A DNA stretch of 64,000 bases, taken from Candidatus Schekmanbacteria bacterium RIFCSPLOWO2_02_FULL_38_14 (GTDB taxonomy: Bacteria; Schekmanbacteria; GWA2-38-11). Position numbers and translations under genes: made by a program. The notes beneath the pieces were generated by a model. The model had not been told where the DNA came from. It did no database searches and worked only from the letters and a program-made list of their open reading frames with translations. The stretch is taken from NCBI GenBank assembly GCA_001790855.1, contig MGDH01000022.1, positions 7,116 through 71,115 of the forward strand, read 5' to 3'. Shown here piece after piece: positions 59,844-64,000 of the stretch (its first letter is position 1; each line of letters starts with the position of its first letter).

Positions 59844-60092
59844 TTAAGATGCTCCTCCTGCAACAGGTGGGAATATGGCTACACGGTCTCCGTCTTTTAA
59901 AAGACAGCTGAGTTCAGCATGGACTCCGTTCACAATAATTATCTTTGTTTCTTTTTCAGGGATTCCAAGCTGGTGAAGCAGCCCCTGTATGGTAAGACCT
60001 TCTTTGGCGGAAATCTTTTTGCCTTCTTTCAAATCAAGTCCGGGCAAATATTTTAATAAAGTAGCATATGTCCTGACTTCAATATCTGCCAT
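59844..60092 (-). CDS. MoaD/ThiS-family sulfur carrier
   Basis: 'IIVNG....L.DGDRVAIFPPVAGG' followed by an AS extension. Confidence 0.9.
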   Translation of the reverse strand: MADIEVRTYATLLKYLPGLDLKEGKKISAKEGLTIQGLLHQLGIPEKETKIIIVNGVHAELSCLLKDGDRVAIFPPVAGGAS

Positions 60093-60154
60093 TTTAAGCT
60101 TCCTAAATTAATCCCCTATGAACTTACAAACTTGCTTTTTATCTATTTCAAACT

Positions 60155-60201
60155 AAATCCCCCCTACCCCCCTTTGTTAAAGGGGGGATTTGGGGGGATT
60201 T
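60155..60201. repeat. GC-rich long hairpin between aor and moaD
   Basis: AAATCCCCCC-TA-CCCCCCTTT-GTT-AAAGGGGGG-ATTT-GGGGGGATTT. Confidence 0.65.
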
Positions 60202-60230
60202 TAACTTCTCGAAGAAACATATTCTTACCC

Positions 60231-61967
60231 TTAGATATTAGCCCAAACTTTATCAAGCTCTTCAGGTTTAATCTCAAATGTTATATTGTGAGGCGGGCAT
60301 TTTTCATCATCAAAAAATTCCGGCAGACGGTCATCAGCCTTGGTAAAGCCTGCTTTCCTGTTGAACTCAAGCTCTGTCTTAATGACCTGTGTGCCGATTT
60401 TTGGAATATCATCAACTGTAAGTGTTGTGCCGTATTCGGCATTGATCATGTCTATAATCGCCTGCAATCCTTCCGGCAGGTCAAGGCAGGCAATTGCAAC
60501 AAAGAGGCAAAGCCCTGTGCAATCAACTGTTGCTGTTGCAATCTGCATGGCTCTTGACACATCTACCTGCCCCTCCGGTTTTAATGGATTAACATCTCCG
60601 CCTACCTTAAGGATATTCTGCAGTACCGCATATCCTGCAGTATGGTCTCCACCCATTGTGCTGGTTGCATAAGTTACACCGATTCCTTTTACAGTCCTCG
60701 GGTCATATGCGGGTAATCCCTGTCCTTTAACTGCTGCAACTCTTGAAATTCCAAAAACTCTACCTGTTACTGCTGCTCCCTGACCTAAAATTTTTCCAAG
60801 AGGAGTTTTCTTGCCAATTTCCTGAAGCAACTTAATGAAAGAATCTGCATCACCCCATTTTGCAAGCCCTGCTTCTGCGGCAACTGCAAGAGTAACACCT
60901 GACTCTATAGTATCAAGTCCGGTGTCTGAACAAATCCTTATCATCTGGGCAACCTTGTCAAGGTCATCTACTTCAAGATTAGCACCAAGAGACCATACAG
61001 ATTCATATTCCATTGGTGCTGTTATAGCCTTGCCATTTTTGTCAGGATATATATTTGAACATCTGATAACACAACCCGGATGGCATGCATGGACAGCCTT
61101 CCCTTCTCCTCCACGGGCTTTGGCTACTTCTGCTATTTTTTCTCCACTAATGTTGGCTGCTGTTTCAAAACGCCCTCTTCTGAAATTCTTTGTTGGGAAG
61201 CCTCCAGCTTCATTCAATATGTTTACAAGAACTGCTGTGCCGTAATTCGGCAGGGCTTCACCTGTTACGGGATGCTTTAGCAAAACCTGTGAAAATACCT
61301 TTGCAGCATTTTTAAACTTTTCTTCATCTTTTATAGGAACCTTATCTGCACCCTTGTCATCTACGATGATAGCCTTAATTTTTTTTGAACCCATTACTGC
61401 GCCAAGACCACCGCGCCCGGCAAATCTGCCCGGTCCTCCTTCAGGGTCATTTACTGAAATCCCTGCATTGCACATTCTTTCCTCACCGGCAACGCCAATG
61501 CATATTACGCCAACCTTTCCGTATTTGTCCCAGAGCTTTTTATTAAGCTCATATGTTCCAATGCCTGCTAAGTCATTGGCAGGAACGATTTTTACACCGT
61601 CCTTGGTCACTTCCAGCATATAAAATTTATTATCTTTTGGCATCCCTTCAATGATAATGGCTTTCACATTACATTTTGCAAGTTTCTGACTTGCAATACC
61701 GCCTACGTTGGATTCCTTAATTGCTCCGGTCAGAGGGCTTTTCCCGCCAAAAGACATCCTTCCTGAACAGGCAGCAGATGTTCCGCTTAAAAGTCCCGGC
61801 GCCAGAATCAATTTATTGTGAATGCCCAGAGGATGGCAGGTAGCAGGAACTTCATCATTAACTATTGATGACGTTAATCCCCTTCCCCCTGCAGCAGCAT
61901 ATTTAGAAGGACATTTCTCCTCCTTGACCTTCAAATCGGTCATGTTCACCCTATAAATTTTGTCCAT
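60231..61967 (-). CDS. aor: Tungsten-dependent aldehyde:ferredoxin oxidoreductase
   Basis: 'KSPLTG', 'GRGGLGAVMGSK', 'C...C...C' Fe-S ligands, 'D.GLD', 'AYDPR', 'DC.GLC', 'DDRLP'. Confidence 0.93.
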   Translation of the reverse strand: MDKIYRVNMTDLKVKEEKCPSKYAAAGGRGLTSSIVNDEVPATCHPLGIHNKLILAPGLLSGTSAACSGRMSFGGKSPLTGAIKESNVGGIASQKLAKCNVKAIIIEGMPKDNKFYMLEVTKDGVKIVPANDLAGIGTYELNKKLWDKYGKVGVICIGVAGEERMCNAGISVNDPEGGPGRFAGRGGLGAVMGSKKIKAIIVDDKGADKVPIKDEEKFKNAAKVFSQVLLKHPVTGEALPNYGTAVLVNILNEAGGFPTKNFRRGRFETAANISGEKIAEVAKARGGEGKAVHACHPGCVIRCSNIYPDKNGKAITAPMEYESVWSLGANLEVDDLDKVAQMIRICSDTGLDTIESGVTLAVAAEAGLAKWGDADSFIKLLQEIGKKTPLGKILGQGAAVTGRVFGISRVAAVKGQGLPAYDPRTVKGIGVTYATSTMGGDHTAGYAVLQNILKVGGDVNPLKPEGQVDVSRAMQIATATVDCTGLCLFVAIACLDLPEGLQAIIDMINAEYGTTLTVDDIPKIGTQVIKTELEFNRKAGFTKADDRLPEFFDDEKCPPHNITFEIKPEELDKVWANI

Positions 61968-62144
61968 AGGACTCCTCCTTGATTAAAATGTTGTTAAACA
62001 GAAATAATGCGATATTGCCTTTTCCGGAATGAATGACAAACATTCTTATAAAGGACTCTTAAAATCTAGTCAAGGGAATTCTGAGGGTTGATTACGCAGA
62101 TTAAAAATGATTACAAAGATTTCAGGTTGTAAGGTTTTTTGTTG

Positions 62145-63584
62145 TTATTTCAGAGGGAAGTAGAGGACTCTCCAGTGATTTTTCACACCTTCTTTTTTAT
62201 GTTCGAAAAGTCCTTTTAATATTGAAAAGCCTTTTCCGCTTTTATCGCTTTCATACGAGAAAAGAAGCGGTATTTTAATTGTTTTCCAATCATCTTTCTT
62301 CTGGTATTTGTAAAGGTCCCAGAAAAGGGTTGTCTCGGAATTACCCTTTTTGTCCCTGTTGTATCTGCAGAAAGTCCAGAAAGGCGAGAAGTTTTTTTCA
62401 AATTTTTCTATGAACAGTCCCTCCCCTGAAAAAGGTATCAATGACAGGGAAGAAATTTCTGTTCTGTCCTCTTTGTCCCTTCTGTAAGACAGAAAAGGCC
62501 AGAGATTGATTTTTCTTGCGGTTTTCTTTCCGTCTGTCCATGTTTCCTTTCTGTCTGTAAAAAAAGGTACAAGGGTTTTAACCTTTTTTTCATGTCCATC
62601 TGTGGTTATTTTATCAAACCAGAAGAATGGCCAGAGGAAAAAATTGTGTGTTATATCTTCGCTTTTATCGAATCTGAAAAGAGGGAAGAATTGCCTTACC
62701 TGCCTTGTTTCTCCGGAAGTAAAAGAAAAAACAGGCCAGATGATATCGTAGCGAGCATAGTTCCGTTTTTTGTTATTATCATACAGATATAAAGGAAACA
62801 TTACGACTCCAACTTCTCTTTCCTCTGATTTCTCATAACCATAGAATGGAAGCACAATCAGACTCTCTTCTGCAAGTTTATTCCCTTCATAGAATTTCTG
62901 GTTGCTGTAGAATGGCCAGAGATAATATTTTTTAAGGTATTTTCCTTCTGCTTTGTCAAAGCCGTAAAATGGAAAGAATTTAAAACCTGTATGCCCTTCT
63001 CCCTTTGCGTAATGGAATATGGGCCAGAGAATTTCCCATCCTCTGTCATCACCTTTTCTTGTTTCAACATAGAGAGGAAAGCCTATAAATTTTAATTCAT
63101 CCTTATTAAGCCACTTTTTTAAGTTTCCATAAAATGGGAAGAAAAGGTTGTATTTTCCGTTTTCTGCTTCTCCGCCTATATAGAAGGGAAGAAACAGAGT
63201 GGAGCCAATCCTTCTGCCGTCATCCTGTGTTTCATATTTTGAATAATAAAATGGGATAAACCTTCCAAGCACCCCTTTTTCATCTCTCGCATATCTTCCA
63301 AGGGGCCAGAAAAAGTCTATATTTATCTTTTTTTTATCAATATCTTCTTCAACATCAAGGACAGGTCTCAATGCATAATTTAACTTTTCCGGACTGTATT
63401 TCAGTTCAAACAGAGGACCCAAGATTCTTACTTCTGCGGATTGCCTTGAGTCATCAGTTTTTTTATAATACAGGGGGCTTAAGTCTAAATATTCTTCTTC
63501 TGAGAAAGCGGGTAAAGGATTTGAAAGAATCAGTCCATAGAATAGCAGCGCAATGATGGATAAAAAACAACATTTCTTTGTCAT
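62145..63584 (-). CDS. Exported aromatic-repeat (FFPFY/LWP) hypothetical protein
   Basis: Signal peptide ending near 'PAFS'. Many recurring [FL][FLW]P[FL][FY] motifs separated by charged turns. Confidence 0.7.
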   Translation of the reverse strand: MTKKCCFLSIIALLFYGLILSNPLPAFSEEEYLDLSPLYYKKTDDSRQSAEVRILGPLFELKYSPEKLNYALRPVLDVEEDIDKKKINIDFFWPLGRYARDEKGVLGRFIPFYYSKYETQDDGRRIGSTLFLPFYIGGEAENGKYNLFFPFYGNLKKWLNKDELKFIGFPLYVETRKGDDRGWEILWPIFHYAKGEGHTGFKFFPFYGFDKAEGKYLKKYYLWPFYSNQKFYEGNKLAEESLIVLPFYGYEKSEEREVGVVMFPLYLYDNNKKRNYARYDIIWPVFSFTSGETRQVRQFFPLFRFDKSEDITHNFFLWPFFWFDKITTDGHEKKVKTLVPFFTDRKETWTDGKKTARKINLWPFLSYRRDKEDRTEISSLSLIPFSGEGLFIEKFEKNFSPFWTFCRYNRDKKGNSETTLFWDLYKYQKKDDWKTIKIPLLFSYESDKSGKGFSILKGLFEHKKEGVKNHWRVLYFPLK

Positions 63585-63595
63585 AGTATTAAAAT

Positions 63596-63615
63596 GCGGG
63601 GTCAGAAGACCCCAC
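63596..63615. repeat. REP-like hairpin
   Basis: GCGGGGTC-AGAA-GACCCCAC between the MlaD gene and the next gene. Confidence 0.45.
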
Positions 63616-63686
63616 CTGTCTGCATGCAGAATATTCCTCTCATGCGAGCGGGTTATAATGAATTTTAAGCTCAGCACAATAAATTC

Positions 63687-64000
63687 TCAGAAGAGAGAGA
63701 ACAGGGCGCTTATGAAAGTTGATATCGGAGAAAGCTCGCTTGCCTGCTCTGCCGAATCCCCAAGCTGTTTCAGAGATTTTTTAGCATCATGGTAGAGCGT
63801 TTCATCATTGACAAGTTTTCCAAGGGTTCCTTCGCCCTTATCAACCTTTGCAGTAATGCTGTTTAAGGATTTTGTGGTATCTTTAAGTCCAGCAATTGTT
63901 TCTTTAAGGTTTTCCCTGTTCTCCTGAATGACTGAATCAAGGTCTTTGCTGATTTTTGAAAATTTCTCCATTACCTCAGGGGTTTTTTCTCTTAATGTGC
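63687..64000 (-). CDS. MlaD/MCE-family protein, C-terminal part (5' partial)
   Basis: Coiled coil with 'GEGTLGKLVNDETLY'. The frame stays open to the window end. Confidence 0.75.
   Translation of the reverse strand, partial: TLREKTPEVMEKFSKISKDLDSVIQENRENLKETIAGLKDTTKSLNSITAKVDKGEGTLGKLVNDETLYHDAKKSLKQLGDSAEQASELSPISTFISALFSLF

Noticed and set aside
60132..60557. 141-aa plus-strand ORF with 'PPYPPLLKGG'
   Set aside because: Reads through the GC hairpin and is antisense to aor.
63615..63630. CCTGTCTG-CATG-CAGA as a fourth mini-palindrome (also CCGCACAGG near 3720)
   Set aside because: Only one complete end is present, too degenerate to count.
13327..63795. Numerous other 60-140 aa ORFs overlapping well-supported genes
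   Set aside because: Antisense or alternate-frame shadows with no motifs or RBS.
1..64000. CRISPR array, tRNA, rRNA or riboswitch
   Set aside because: No regularly spaced direct repeats with unique spacers and no recognisable structural RNA. The aor leader (61968-62144) shows no Moco/W riboswitch features that I could identify by eye.

Overview
AT-rich bacterial chromosome segment. The gene content (MCE protein, lipoproteins, tungsten AOR, siroheme-branch hem genes) suggests an anaerobic or facultative diderm, but I cannot fix the taxon from sequence alone. Layout: (1) 1-13.3 kb is a visibly more AT-rich surface-polysaccharide locus (Wzx, VanZ-like, AP-superfamily membrane enzyme, GT-C, deacetylase + GNAT, GT4s, RmlD) interrupted by a dead IS3. 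(2) 13.4-36.8 kb is mostly housekeeping (rpe, pgpA, nadA, xseAB-ispA-dxs, coaBC, accC/BCCP, ND-aspS, ppiD, HDAC, pcm). It also hides an unannotated 57-aa FlgM-like gene with a sigma28-like promoter and a full sigma54 promoter/enhancer upstream of an 85-aa hypothetical gene. (3) 37-42 kb is a WcaJ plus a complete GDP-heptose pathway. (4) 45.7-51.8 kb is an unusual acyl-CoA synthetase (citryl-CoA-synthetase-like) / ferredoxin / anchorless FrdAB operon. (5) 52-64 kb has hem genes, an acyl-CoA dehydrogenase, a TA-like pair, aor-moaD-radical SAM and an MCE locus. The most striking unexplained signal is non-coding: 20-27 bp palindromes (CCTGNCTG...CAGNCAGG) that appear inserted into another repeat, into an IS1202-like transposase remnant and into each other. 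They sit among several other intergenic repeat families. No rRNA, tRNA or CRISPR array was seen.
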